This document shows positions 54,927-63,734 of a stretch of 64,000 nt of DNA, one piece after another (position 1 is the first letter of the stretch; every line of letters starts with the position of its first letter). Source of the DNA: Actinomycetota bacterium (lineage in GTDB: Bacteria; Actinomycetota; Thermoleophilia; Solirubrobacterales; JACPNS01). A model generated the notes under the pieces. That model saw only the letters and a program-made list of their open reading frames with translations, did not search any database and had not been told where the DNA came from. Made by a program: the position numbers and the translations under genes. Where the stretch lies: contig JACQZY010000019.1 in NCBI GenBank assembly GCA_016213645.1, positions 4,125-68,124 on the forward strand. The letters run 5' to 3'.

Positions 54927-56189
54927 ATGACCGAGGTAGTCAGCTCCGCCACCGCGAGCCTCGCGCAACGCGTGCGCGGCGACTTCCCGATCCTCGCGCA
55001 GCGGCAGAACGACAAACGACTCGTCTACCTCGACAGCGCCGCCACCGGCCAGAAGCCGCGTCAGGTGATCGATGCGGTCGACGACTTTCTCAGCAACGTA
55101 AACGCGCCGATTCACCGCAGTACCTACAACCTGGCCGAGCGCTCGACCGCTCTGTTCGAGGGCGCGCGCGAGCGCGTCGCCGCGTTTCTGGGATCGACCG
55201 CCGAGCAGACGATCTTCACGCGCAACGCCACCGAAGCGATCAATCTCGTCGCCCACGCATGGGGCCGCGATCCCGGCACCGGCGCGATCGGTCCCGGAGA
55301 CGTGGTGCTGGTCACGGAGATGGAACACCACTCCAACATCGTGCCGTGGCAGATGCTTTGCCGCGACACCGGCGCCACGCTCGACTACGTGCAGATCACC
55401 CCCGACGGCATGCTCGATCTGGACGACCTCAACGCCAAGCTCGCGGCCGGAAACGTGAAGCTGCTTGCCGTCGTTCACGTGTCAAACGTGGTCGGCACGA
55501 TCAACGACGTCGCCGCGCTTACCGCCAGCGCCCACGCGGCGGGCGCAACCGTGCTTGTCGACGGCTCCCAGGCCGTACCGCAACTGCCCGTAGACGTGGC
55601 CGCGATCGACGCCGATTTCTACGTGTGGACAGGTCACAAAGCCTACGGCCCCACCGGTATCGGCGTGCTGCATGGCCGCCGCGAGCTGCTGGAGCGGATG
55701 CGCCCGTGGCTTGGTGGCGGCGACATGATCAAGACCGTCGGCTGGGACGAGTCCACCTGGAACGACCTGCCGTGGAAGTTCGAGGCCGGCACGAGCGCCG
55801 TGGCCGAAGCAGTCGGCCTGGGCGCCGCGATCGATTACATGCGTGAGATCGGCGTGGAAAACATTCAGGCGCACGAGCACGCCTTGGTCGAATACGCGAT
55901 GGCGCGGCTGCCGGAAGTGCCGGGCCTGTCCATGATCGGCCCCGGCGCCGAGCACCGTGGCGGGCTGATCTCCTTCACGCTTGAAGGCATGCACCCGCAC
56001 GACATCGGCGAGCTGGTCGGTCGCGACAACGTTTGCGTTCGCACCGGTCACCACTGCGCCCAACCGCTGATGCGCAAACTCGACCTGGTGGCCACCGCGC
56101 GCGCGTCTTTCGCCTGCTTCAACGACATCGACGACATCGACGCGCTGGTCGAATCTCTGCACAGGGCGCGTGAGGTCTTTGAGCTGTAG
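54927..56189 (+). CDS. sufS: SufS-type cysteine desulfurase (class II)
   Basis: LDSAATGQKP, HHSNIVPW, PLP-Lys TGHKAYGPTGIG, and the catalytic Cys loop RTGHHCAQP. Confidence 0.9.
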   Translation: MTEVVSSATASLAQRVRGDFPILAQRQNDKRLVYLDSAATGQKPRQVIDAVDDFLSNVNAPIHRSTYNLAERSTALFEGARERVAAFLGSTAEQTIFTRNATEAINLVAHAWGRDPGTGAIGPGDVVLVTEMEHHSNIVPWQMLCRDTGATLDYVQITPDGMLDLDDLNAKLAAGNVKLLAVVHVSNVVGTINDVAALTASAHAAGATVLVDGSQAVPQLPVDVAAIDADFYVWTGHKAYGPTGIGVLHGRRELLERMRPWLGGGDMIKTVGWDESTWNDLPWKFEAGTSAVAEAVGLGAAIDYMREIGVENIQAHEHALVEYAMARLPEVPGLSMIGPGAEHRGGLISFTLEGMHPHDIGELVGRDNVCVRTGHHCAQPLMRKLDLVATARASFACFNDIDDIDALVESLHRAREVFEL

Positions 56190-56217
56190 CCGCCCGGCCG
56201 GTACGATCGGAACGAAG

Positions 56218-56604
56218 ATGGACGAGCTTTACCGCGATTACATCCTGGAGCACTACAAGGAACCGCACCACTTCGGCGAGTTGGACGCGCCGGATATGCA
56301 GGCGCACGACGTCAATCCGCTGTGCGGCGACGAGCTGGGACTTCATCTCAAGGTGGACGAGAACGGCGTGATCACCGACGTCGCGTTCCAGGGCAAGGGT
56401 TGCGCGATCAGCCAGGCCGCGGCTTCGATCGCCTCCGACGAGCTGATCGGCATGAAGATCGAAGACGCCAAGAAGCTCGACGCCGACTGGATGGTGGATC
56501 TGCTGGGGATCGACGTCTCGGCTACGCGACGCAAATGCGCGCTGCTCAATCTGAAGGTGCTGCGCGGCGCAGTCACCGGCGACGCAAGCTGGCCCGACGA
56601 GTAA
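56218..56604 (+). CDS. sufU: SufU/IscU-like sulfur acceptor and scaffold
   Basis: NPLCGDE, GKGCAIS and RRKCALL are the three conserved Cys motifs. Confidence 0.85.
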   Translation: MDELYRDYILEHYKEPHHFGELDAPDMQAHDVNPLCGDELGLHLKVDENGVITDVAFQGKGCAISQAAASIASDELIGMKIEDAKKLDADWMVDLLGIDVSATRRKCALLNLKVLRGAVTGDASWPDE

Positions 56605-56608
56605 CAAC

Positions 56609-57007
56609 ATGGCCTTCACGCACCAACTGCGCGTGCGTTACTCGGAGTGCGACGCCCAGGCGATCGTCTTCAACGCCAACTGGTTCCTTTACTTCGACGT
56701 AGTGATGACCGAGTTCTGGCGGGATCGGCTCGGCGGCTACGACCGCCTGCGCACCGAGCACGGAGTGGAGATGGTCGTCGCCGAGACCGGAGCGCGCTTT
56801 CGCGGTGCCGGCCGCTTCGACGATCTGATCGATTTCTCCGCCGAGATCACCCGCGTCGGCGAAAGTTCGACCCGCGCGGAGATCAAAGCAACGCGCGGCG
56901 CGGATCTGCTGGTCGAGGGCTTTCTGGAGTACGTGTTCGTGGACGCGGAGTCATGGCGCCCGACGCCGATCCCGGATCGGGCGCGCGAAGCGCTGGCCAT
57001 GGATTAA
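56609..57007 (+). CDS. acyl-CoA thioesterase (4HBT/YbgC hot-dog fold)
   Basis: HQLRVRYSECDAQAIVFNANWFLYFD (the catalytic Asp region of YbgC-like thioesterases). 132 aa. Confidence 0.8.
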   Translation: MAFTHQLRVRYSECDAQAIVFNANWFLYFDVVMTEFWRDRLGGYDRLRTEHGVEMVVAETGARFRGAGRFDDLIDFSAEITRVGESSTRAEIKATRGADLLVEGFLEYVFVDAESWRPTPIPDRAREALAMD

Positions 57008-57060
57008 GTTGCACGGCGTTTAATCGCTGGGCATTGAATCGCTCGGCGCCGATCCACTGG

Positions 57061-57340
57061 GCGTCAAATCACCACCGACCGGTTCGCCAGACGCCAATCC
57101 AGCTCAGCGTGCAAGCCGGTCAAACTTTCAAGCCAAACCCTGCTCGACGAGCAGCGGAGCCGAGCCGAGCACAACCACCTTGAGGTTTAGCTTGTGGCGC
57201 GAATCGGCATCCCATCGGTTTTTGACCGCCTCCGACCAGCCGGGGTTCCTCTGGATCTCGTCAAGCACGAGAATCGAGCCGCCCGGCCGCGATTCAGCCT
57301 TCACGCGAGCGGCGTCCCACTGTTGTGCGAGCCAATCCAA
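57061..57340 (-). pseudogene. remnant of an AAA_14/DUF4143-type ATPase gene (Walker B region only, frameshifted)
   Basis: ILVLDEIQRNPGWSEAVKNRWDAD...KVVVLGSAPLLVEQGLA* is followed, in a shifted frame, by SLTGLHAELDWRL (cf. the family pattern GL-x-ESL-x-GR). No Walker A. A stop lies immediately upstream of the Met. Confidence 0.5.
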
Positions 57341-57608
57341 TCCACGAAGCGCAGGCGGCGGGCTAGTTCGAAGGCTTGGGGACGAGTGAACAAATCTCGC
57401 GTTTCACTAGTTTGATTGCGAATTTTTACTCAGTAAATCGAATTATCAGGCGGTCGCGTCTTCCCTAATTTGAATTGCCGACAGATCAAAAACCCACAAC
57501 CGGTGGCCCCCCGCGCCCATCTGAACTACAATTCCTACCATCAAGGCCGGAATAGGGCGACCCGCGCCCTTTCCCCTCACGTCACCGATACGGAAGGACT
57601 TACCGCCG

Positions 57609-59006
57609 ATGGCGACCGCCGACAAAACGCGCATTCCCAACAGCACCGTTAAGCTGCAGAGCGACGGCTCCGTCGTGGCGAAGAACGGAGTCACGCGCGA
57701 GGTCATCGCCGAAATCTCCCGGATCAAGAACGAGCCTGAATTCATGCGCGAGATGCGCCTGAAGAGCTTTGACATCTACGAGCGCAAACCGGTTCCCACG
57801 TGGGGTGTGGATCTCTCCAGCCTCAATCTGGACGAACTGGTGCTTTACCGCGAGCCCGGCTCCGGCAAGTTCGAAAGCTGGGACGACGTTCCCGACGAGC
57901 AGAAGCAGACTTTCGAGAAGCTCGGCATACCTCAGGCCGAACGCGAGTACCTGGCCGGCGTCGTTGGCGTGTGGGACAACAACCCCTTCTACGAGGGGCT
58001 CAAGGAGCAGTACAAGGATCTCGGCATCATCTTCTGCGCGATGGACACCGCCGTGCAGGAATACGCCGATCTGGTCGAGCCGTACTTCATGAAGAAGTGC
58101 GTGCCGCCGCAGGACAACAAGTTCAGCGCGCTGCATGGGGCCGTCTGGAGCGGCGGCTCGTTCGCCTACGTGCCCAAGGGCGTGAAGGTGGACCTGCCGC
58201 TGCAAGCGTATTTCCGTATGGAGGGCCAGTCCGAGGGCACCTTCGAACACACGCTGATCATCGCCGACGAAGGCAGCGAGATCCACTACATCGAAGGCTG
58301 CACGGCGCAGAGCTACAGCGTCAACAGCATGCACAGCGCCGTTGTGGAAATCTTTGCCAAGGAGGGCTCGAAGGTGCGTTACACGACGGTGCAGAACTGG
58401 TCGAAAGACGTCTACAACCTCAACACCAAGCGCGCGATCGTGGAAGCTGAAGGCACGATCGAGTGGGTCGGCGGCTCGATGGGCGCTAAATACGTGATGC
58501 TCTACCCCGCCTCGTACCTGATGGGCGAAGGCGCACGCGCCGATCATCTGAACGTCGGCGTGGCCAGCGGTGGCGTATGGAAGGACACGGGCGCGAAGGT
58601 CATCCACCACGCGCCCAACACCACCAGCAACATTCTCGCCAAGTCGATCTCCAAAGACGGCGGCATCATGGGTTACCGCGGCCTGGTTCGCATGGGTAAA
58701 AACTCGCAGGGCAGCAAGTCGCGCGTGCAATGCGACGGCCTGATGATGGACGATTTTTCGCGTTCCGACACGTGGCCGGACATTCAGATCCAGAACCCGT
58801 ACGTGACCGTGGCCCACGAGGCCGTTGTCGGCAAAATCTCCGACGACCAGCTTTTCTACCTGCGCTCACGCGGCCTGACGGAAGACGAGTCGGCCGCGAT
58901 GATCGTCAACGGTTTCATCGAGCCGGTCACCAAGGAACTGCCGATGGAGTACGCCGTCGAGCTCAATCGCCTGATCCAACTTGAAATGGAAGGCAGTATC
59001 GGCTGA
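57609..59006 (+). CDS. sufB: Fe-S cluster assembly scaffold SufB
   Basis: 465 aa. ...VWSGGSFAYVPKGVKVDLPLQAYFRM...HIEGCTA...HEAVVGKISDDQLFYLRSRGL... is the typical SufB pattern. Confidence 0.95.
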   Translation: MATADKTRIPNSTVKLQSDGSVVAKNGVTREVIAEISRIKNEPEFMREMRLKSFDIYERKPVPTWGVDLSSLNLDELVLYREPGSGKFESWDDVPDEQKQTFEKLGIPQAEREYLAGVVGVWDNNPFYEGLKEQYKDLGIIFCAMDTAVQEYADLVEPYFMKKCVPPQDNKFSALHGAVWSGGSFAYVPKGVKVDLPLQAYFRMEGQSEGTFEHTLIIADEGSEIHYIEGCTAQSYSVNSMHSAVVEIFAKEGSKVRYTTVQNWSKDVYNLNTKRAIVEAEGTIEWVGGSMGAKYVMLYPASYLMGEGARADHLNVGVASGGVWKDTGAKVIHHAPNTTSNILAKSISKDGGIMGYRGLVRMGKNSQGSKSRVQCDGLMMDDFSRSDTWPDIQIQNPYVTVAHEAVVGKISDDQLFYLRSRGLTEDESAAMIVNGFIEPVTKELPMEYAVELNRLIQLEMEGSIG

Positions 59007-59045
59007 ACGGGCACGGCGGCCCCACGGCCGCCGGTCAAGCCCACC

Positions 59046-59780
59046 GTGCGACGCGCCGATCTATACCCGATGGAAGCGCGCCCGGCCAACGCCAACAACG
59101 AAATCTTCGAAGCGACCATGCTCGAGACCCGCGAGACGCTCGCGCGTTGGAGCAAGCGGCCGCTGCACACGATCGGACGCTGGGCGCTTGTGGCGCTGGG
59201 CGTTGCGGTGTCGATGCTCACGGCCGTGCTGCTGGTGTCTCATCTTTCCTACGCGCAGTACACCAGCTCCCTGCCGAACATCATGCACGACCCGCAGGCA
59301 AGCGACGCGGTTCGCGTGTTCATACGCAATTCCCTGGTTCTGGCGCTGCACGCATTTGTCTGCCTGGCCGGATTCATGGCGATGCGCGCGCTGCCCGAGC
59401 AGACCCGCTACAAGCGCGGCATAGACCGCTGGATCCACCAGCACGCCGGGCGATTCGCGATGGTCTGGGTGACATGCGCGACGATTTTCTCGATCACTAC
59501 ACAAACGTGGATCCTCGGACACACGGTCGCCGACTTGTCGCTGACGCTCGACATCTCGCAGGGCACGCTGCTGCTGACCGTGCTGCCTCACGCGCTGATC
59601 GAACTTACGGCGGTCTTCCTGCCGCTGGCCGCATTCTTGATCGCAAGCAGGCAGGGGCATTGGCACGAACTGCTTGCCGCCACGGTCGTGACCGTCGCGG
59701 TCGCGGTGCCGATGTTGGTGGTCGCCGCGGCGGTGGAGGCTTACGTCTGGCCGTCGCTGCTGAATAGCGCACTTTCGTGA
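59046..59780 (+). CDS. SpoIIM-like (DUF95) integral membrane protein
   Basis: Multi-TM protein. LPHALIELTAVFLPLAAFLIA matches the conserved DUF95 P-H-x-x-x-E-L helix. Confidence 0.6.
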   Translation: MRRADLYPMEARPANANNEIFEATMLETRETLARWSKRPLHTIGRWALVALGVAVSMLTAVLLVSHLSYAQYTSSLPNIMHDPQASDAVRVFIRNSLVLALHAFVCLAGFMAMRALPEQTRYKRGIDRWIHQHAGRFAMVWVTCATIFSITTQTWILGHTVADLSLTLDISQGTLLLTVLPHALIELTAVFLPLAAFLIASRQGHWHELLAATVVTVAVAVPMLVVAAAVEAYVWPSLLNSALS

Positions 59781-59878
59781 GTCTCAGGACCATCGTGTTC
59801 ACACACGGGCCACCGGCCCGACCCGTGACGCGTTCGAACCACTAAACCGTCTCGCGCGCGAACAACTATTCTGCCGCC

Positions 59879-60685
59879 GTGCGCGTCACCGAACAAAAGA
59901 TCATCGCCCCCGACCTCCCGGGTGAGGTCACGTGGCTGAACCGCCGTCCAACTTCGATCGACAAGCTGCTCGCAAAGGGGCCGGTCCTGGTCGAGTTCTG
60001 GGACATTGCCCGCGTCAACTCGCTGCGCACAATGCCGTATATGGAAGAGTGGCACCGCCGGTATCAGCCACTGGGCGCAACTGTGCTGGGCATCCACAGC
60101 CCCGGCTACACCTTTGGCGCCGACGAAGAGATTGTGTGCGCTGCCGTTGAACGGCTCGGCGTCGAGCGTCCCGTGCTGCTCGATCCGTCCTTCATCGCCT
60201 GGCGCGAATACGGGAACAAGGGCTGGCCGGCGCGCTATCTGTGGTCGCGCGGCGGCGAGCTGCGCTACTTCCACTACGGCGAAGGCGACTACGAAGACTG
60301 CGAATTGGCGCTTCGGGAGGCGCTCGCCGAATACGGCGTTGAAGCGGGCAACCTGCCGGCGCCGATGGCCTTGATCCGTCCGGAAGACGCACCGGATGCG
60401 CAGTTCCCCGCGCAGACGGCGGACATCACGCTCCCGCCGGAGGCCGACCGGCTGACGCTGACCGGAGAGTGGAGCGAAAGCGGCGACTGGCTGGAGGCCG
60501 GCGCGACCGACGCCACGGCCACGGCACGCTGCGAAGCGGCTGCTGCGTTCGCGATCGTCAGCGGCAAAGGCGTGGCCGAACCGGGACCGGTAGAGACGCC
60601 GATCACGGATGGCAGCTGCACCGTCGTGGCACCACAGGCCGGATTCAGACTGCACGCATTTCAGTTCACGGCATCGCCGTCGTAA
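59879..60685 (+). CDS. DipZ C-terminal-domain-like thioredoxin-fold protein lacking the CxxC active site
   Basis: VLVEFWDIARVNSLRTMPYMEEWHRRY...VLGIHSPGY...WPARYLW...HYGEGDY parallels the thioredoxin-like domain of DipZ-type proteins. The CxxC position reads ARVNS. Confidence 0.6.
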   Translation: MRVTEQKIIAPDLPGEVTWLNRRPTSIDKLLAKGPVLVEFWDIARVNSLRTMPYMEEWHRRYQPLGATVLGIHSPGYTFGADEEIVCAAVERLGVERPVLLDPSFIAWREYGNKGWPARYLWSRGGELRYFHYGEGDYEDCELALREALAEYGVEAGNLPAPMALIRPEDAPDAQFPAQTADITLPPEADRLTLTGEWSESGDWLEAGATDATATARCEAAAAFAIVSGKGVAEPGPVETPITDGSCTVVAPQAGFRLHAFQFTASPS

Positions 60686-60733
60686 GCCGCGACTCCCGAT
60701 TCGGCCACGGTTTCGTCTGCTCTCCCCCGACAG

Positions 60734-61705
60734 CTAAGGAGCCGTCGGAAGCGAATTCTCGTCGAGCACAGCGCGAATCTCTTTCGGGAGCATGAACCGC
60801 ATGTTCTCCTGCGTGACGTCGAGTTCACTGATGTCGGTGGTGCCGCGATCGCGAAACATCTGAACGAGGCTCTGGACCAGTTCATCAGGCGCACTGGCGC
60901 CGGAGGTGATGCCGATCGTGCGCTTGCCCTCCAGCCATGTTTCCTCAAGCTGCGAGGCGTTGTCGATCAGATGAGCCTCCGTGCCTAAATCCCTGGTGAC
61001 ATCGACCAGCCGATTCGAATTCGACGAATTCTGCGAACCTATCACCAGCACAAGGTCGCACTGTTCGGCCAATTGCTTGACCGCAGCCTGACGATTCGTC
61101 GTCGCGTAACAGATGTCGTCGGTGCGAGGACCGGCGATCTGCGGGAACTTGTCCTTCAACGCCGCGATAATTCCGCGCGTCTCGTCCACCGAAAGCGTCG
61201 TTTGTGAGATGTAGGCCACGCGCGCGGCGTCGGGAACGTCAAGCCGCTCGACGTCCTCGATCGTTTCGACGAGGATCATCGCGTCGGGCGCCTCGCCCAT
61301 CGTGCCCTCGACCTCCTCATGGCCGGCGTGACCGATGAGGATGATCGTGTAGCCCTCGGTTGCGAATTTCTTCGCCTCAACGTGCACTTTGGTAACGAGC
61401 GGGCAAGTGGCGTCGATCGTCTTCAGGCTGCGCTGATCAGCTTGTTCGTAGACCGTCGGCGCCACGCCGTGGGCCGAGAAAACAACCGTTTTACCTTCCG
61501 GCACTTCAGCGGCGTCGTCAACAAAGATCGCCCCGCGTTCGCGCAGTTGTTCGACGACGTGCTTGTTGTGCACGATCTCTTTGCGTACGTAGACGGGCGG
61601 GCCGTAAACGCGCAACGCATGTTCGACGGTCTGCACGGCACGGTCCACGCCGGCGCAGTAGCCTCGCGGCGAGGCGAGCAGGACCTTTTGCGGCGTCGAC
61701 GTCAT
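60734..61705 (-). CDS. ispH: 4-hydroxy-3-methylbut-2-enyl diphosphate reductase
   Basis: Three cluster Cys motifs ([34 protein letters not shown]). ATG 61705 preferred over the track start at 61810. Confidence 0.9.
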   Translation of the reverse strand: MTSTPQKVLLASPRGYCAGVDRAVQTVEHALRVYGPPVYVRKEIVHNKHVVEQLRERGAIFVDDAAEVPEGKTVVFSAHGVAPTVYEQADQRSLKTIDATCPLVTKVHVEAKKFATEGYTIILIGHAGHEEVEGTMGEAPDAMILVETIEDVERLDVPDAARVAYISQTTLSVDETRGIIAALKDKFPQIAGPRTDDICYATTNRQAAVKQLAEQCDLVLVIGSQNSSNSNRLVDVTRDLGTEAHLIDNASQLEETWLEGKRTIGITSGASAPDELVQSLVQMFRDRGTTDISELDVTQENMRFMLPKEIRAVLDENSLPTAP

Positions 61706-61943
61706 CGGGATGAATTGTAGGTTGCGAACCTGCAGCGCGAGTCGCCTTGAACCGTAGTATGTGACAGAAGTCACGCCTTCGTAACAAGGGTTAAGTAATA
61801 ATGGGTTCACACGGCCGATTGTTTATGGGGATCGGCCTGCCCAAGTCCTTCGTATAGCCCACGCGAAGGCGCGATATCTGAAACTGCCCCGGTCGTCAAG
61901 GCCGCCCGGGGCGGGTACACCCCACCCCGGCCCGCGGAGAAGA

Positions 61944-63632
61944 ATGAGTTACCAATCCGAACTATCCCGGCTTAGCGCGACCGACGCCTCGTTCCTGGTT
62001 CAGGAGCGCGAGGGTTCGCACATGCACATCGGCGGAATCACGATCTTCGAGGGTCCCACGCCGGACATCGAGCAGTTCAAGCGCCATATCAATTCGCGCC
62101 TTCACCTGGTGCCGCGATATCGCCAGCGCCTGGTGTGGCCGCGCTTTCAGGCCGGTCGTCCGTTCTGGGCCGACGACCCGGATTTCAATCTCAACTACCA
62201 CCTGCGCGACACCGCACTGCCGGCGCCTGGCAACGACGATCAGCTTGAGCGCCTTTGCGCTCGCATCTTCAGCCAGCGCTTGGACCGCCACAAGCCGCTT
62301 TGGGAGATGTGGCTGGTCGACGGATTGTCAGACGGCCGATTCGCGATGATCCTGAAGTCTCATCACTCGATGATCGACGGCATCGCCGGCGTGGATGTGG
62401 GCACGGTGCTGCTGGGCGTGGATCCGGACGAAAAGACCGAAGATCCGCAGCCGTGGCGCCCGCGTCCGCTACCCACACAGGCAGAGCTGCTGGAAATCGG
62501 CGCACGCGAGATCGCCGGCGCGCCGATCAAGGCCGCGCAGGGACTGGTGGACATCGCGAAGGGCAAGGCCTCGGCACGCGAAAACGCCTCGGTATTTCTC
62601 GGCGGCGTGACCAAAGCGATCGGCGAAACGCTGGACGCCGCTCCGCGCAGCCCACTGAACACCCGCATCGGCCAGCACCGCCGCTACAAGTTTGTACGCA
62701 ACTCGCTGGACGAGTTCAAAGAGATCAAGACCCTGCTGGACACCACGCTGAACGACGTCGTGCTCGCGATCACATCCGATGCCCTGGGCCGCTGGCTGCG
62801 CTCACGCCACTACCCCACTGATGGATTGAAGCTGCGCGCGTTGGTACCGGTTTCCACCCGGCCAAAGCAACGGCGCGGCGAATCCGCCGCCACCGGCGGC
62901 AACGACCTGCTGGCGATGCGCGGATACCTGCCCGTTGAAGAGATGGACGCGCTAAAGCGCCTGAACACGATCAAGCGCTCGATGGACGGCCTGAAGAAGA
63001 ACAATCAGGCGATCGCCGCCGACGCGCTGACCGCCGTGCAAAACTTCGCGCCGCCAAACGTGCTGGCCCAGGCCAGCCGCATCAACTTTTCAACACGGCT
63101 GTTCAACCTGCTTGTGACAAACGTCCCAGGACCGCAGATTCCGCTTTATCTGATGGGCCGCCAGATGCTCGACGCATTCCCGGTGCCGTTCCTGGCCGAG
63201 AACCACGGCCTCGCTGTGGCCGTAATGAGCTACAACGGACGCATCAACTTCGGCATCCTCGCCGACTACGACGCCGTCACCGACGTGCAAGTGATCGCCG
63301 ACAGCCTGGCCGACGCGCGTGATGATTTACTGGACGCCGCGGCCCAGGTGAAGACGAAGGTGCGCGAGGTTATGCATAGCGGTGGGCCGGAGGCAGCGGA
63401 GTTGATTGCGGCGGCGGAGAAGGCTGCGCAAATCACGGGTAAAAATAAGCCGACAGCCGCGCCCGCCAAGGCTGTCAAGACTGTCAAACCAAGCCTAAAG
63501 GCCGTATCGCAAGTCGCTGCCGCCAAGAAGACGACGGCTAAAGCCACAAATTCAGAACGCCGGACAACCGCCAAGCCAACGGCGAAGAAGCCGGCAAAGA
63601 GCGGCTCGGCCAACGGCGCCTCGGCCAGCTGA
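61944..63632 (+). CDS. wax ester synthase/diacylglycerol acyltransferase (WS/DGAT) with a basic Lys/Ala/Thr-rich C-terminal tail
   Basis: Catalytic HHSMIDGIAG (HHxxxDG) and NVPGP motifs. The last ~60 aa are low-complexity (AAKKTTAKATNSERRTTAKPTAKKPAKSG). Confidence 0.85.
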   Translation: MSYQSELSRLSATDASFLVQEREGSHMHIGGITIFEGPTPDIEQFKRHINSRLHLVPRYRQRLVWPRFQAGRPFWADDPDFNLNYHLRDTALPAPGNDDQLERLCARIFSQRLDRHKPLWEMWLVDGLSDGRFAMILKSHHSMIDGIAGVDVGTVLLGVDPDEKTEDPQPWRPRPLPTQAELLEIGAREIAGAPIKAAQGLVDIAKGKASARENASVFLGGVTKAIGETLDAAPRSPLNTRIGQHRRYKFVRNSLDEFKEIKTLLDTTLNDVVLAITSDALGRWLRSRHYPTDGLKLRALVPVSTRPKQRRGESAATGGNDLLAMRGYLPVEEMDALKRLNTIKRSMDGLKKNNQAIAADALTAVQNFAPPNVLAQASRINFSTRLFNLLVTNVPGPQIPLYLMGRQMLDAFPVPFLAENHGLAVAVMSYNGRINFGILADYDAVTDVQVIADSLADARDDLLDAAAQVKTKVREVMHSGGPEAAELIAAAEKAAQITGKNKPTAAPAKAVKTVKPSLKAVSQVAAAKKTTAKATNSERRTTAKPTAKKPAKSGSANGASAS

Positions 63633-63649
63633 TCACCGGCTAAGGAAAT

Positions 63650-63679
63650 TCGATCGACCGGCGCTCGCCGGTCGATCGA
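63650..63679. terminator. 14-bp perfect inverted repeat between convergent genes (candidate bidirectional terminator)
   Basis: tcgatcgaccggcg-ct-cgccggtcgatcga. 18 nt after the WS/DGAT stop. Weak T-tract (tgtcaggtttcg). Confidence 0.45.
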
Positions 63680-63734
63680 TGTCAGGTTTCGTCCGAGCTA
63701 CGCCTCGCGCCAGGCTGGCGTCCGCTCCCGCAGG

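Noticed and set aside
57350-57420. GTTCGAA string suggesting a tRNA T-loop or a tRNA-derived attachment site
   Set aside because: The flanking bases cannot form a T-stem (gggct / aggct are not complementary). No acceptor stem or anticodon arm could be built. I found no tRNA in any intergenic region of the window.
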